Source of the DNA: Vulcanimicrobiota bacterium
Lineage (GTDB): Bacteria; Vulcanimicrobiota; Vulcanimicrobiia; Vulcanimicrobiales; Vulcanimicrobiaceae
DNA: 64,000 nucleotides
Direction: 5' to 3'
Assembly: GCA_963820825.1 (NCBI GenBank)
Contig: CAWGBN010000001.1
Coordinates: 1-64,000, forward strand
Under the pieces are notes generated by a model. It worked only from the letters and a program-made list of their open reading frames with translations. It did not search any database and had not been told where the DNA came from. The translations under genes were made by a program, and so were the position numbers. Positions 63,627 through 64,000 of this stretch are shown piece by piece. Every line of letters begins with the position of its first letter. Within the stretch, counting starts at the first letter, position 1.

Positions 63627-64000
63627 ATGTACGGTATGCGCGCGACGTTACGGTGGTTATCGGTGATCCCGGCCCTCGTCCTCGCGTTGAGCGGCGGCAG
63701 CGCCGCGGCGGCACCAACCTCGACGAAGACGCTCCTCGAATCCCTGCGCCGGGCAATGCTCTCCTCGCAACCCGCCGCCTCGATCGTCTCGCTCCACAGC
63801 GTCGGAAGCGTCGAGATCCTGGGACTTCGGGGCCGCGCGCAGGAGTGGGACGATCTGACGGGCGTCCGCTTTACGACCGCGCAGAGCGGCGGTGCGCTCA
63901 GCGGAGCCTCAGGGTGGGACGGCAAGGTCGCGTGGAGTCAGGATTATGCCGGGCTGGTCACCATCGACGCCGGCGCGTCAGGGCGGCTCCAAGCAGTCGA
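63627..64000 (+). CDS. secreted protein, 5' part only
   Basis: Open to the window end; signal peptide MRATLRWLSVIPALVLALSGGSAAAA then ..GWDGKVAWSQD; start 63627 or 63636. Confidence 0.6.
   Translation, partial: MYGMRATLRWLSVIPALVLALSGGSAAAAPTSTKTLLESLRRAMLSSQPAASIVSLHSVGSVEILGLRGRAQEWDDLTGVRFTTAQSGGALSGASGWDGKVAWSQDYAGLVTIDAGASGRLQAV

Overview
High-GC bacterial DNA that looks like two joined pieces. Bases 1 to ~6055 hold an alpha/beta hydrolase fragment, a lipoprotein, a divergent RNase Y, a LysR regulator, an orphan ORF, a proline iminopeptidase and a truncated lipoprotein, most of them frameshifted. This piece abuts a truncated RND permease, so a contig junction is probable. The rest is mostly core genome on the minus strand: RND adaptor with a two-component system, five tRNAs around tadA, a Firmicutes-like hit-rpsU-yqeY-nfeD-floA-phoH-ybeY-dgkA-recO-ruvX-mltG block, rpmE-prfA-prmC-pyrG, leuCD, metY, and the ribosomal S10/spc/alpha cluster. 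That cluster lacks rpsJ and rpmD and is split between rpsM and rpsK. Gene content suggests a diderm Terrabacteria lineage such as Ca. Eremiobacterota (inference only). Best leads: (1) unannotated families of structured intergenic elements, including a compensatory-changed three-way-junction element upstream of both pyrG and rpoA and a 100-120 bp inverted-repeat element present on both sides of the junction; (2) tandem surface-protein paralogs with ~590 bp near-identical 5' halves and divergent barrel-like C-termini inside the alpha operon; (3) repeated apparent ATT/ATC/CTG starts, mostly at stop-start overlaps; (4) a STAND regulator and lipoprotein pair flanking a ~200-nt structured element. 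No CRISPR array, integrase or transposase was seen. All coordinates and alignments were done by eye.
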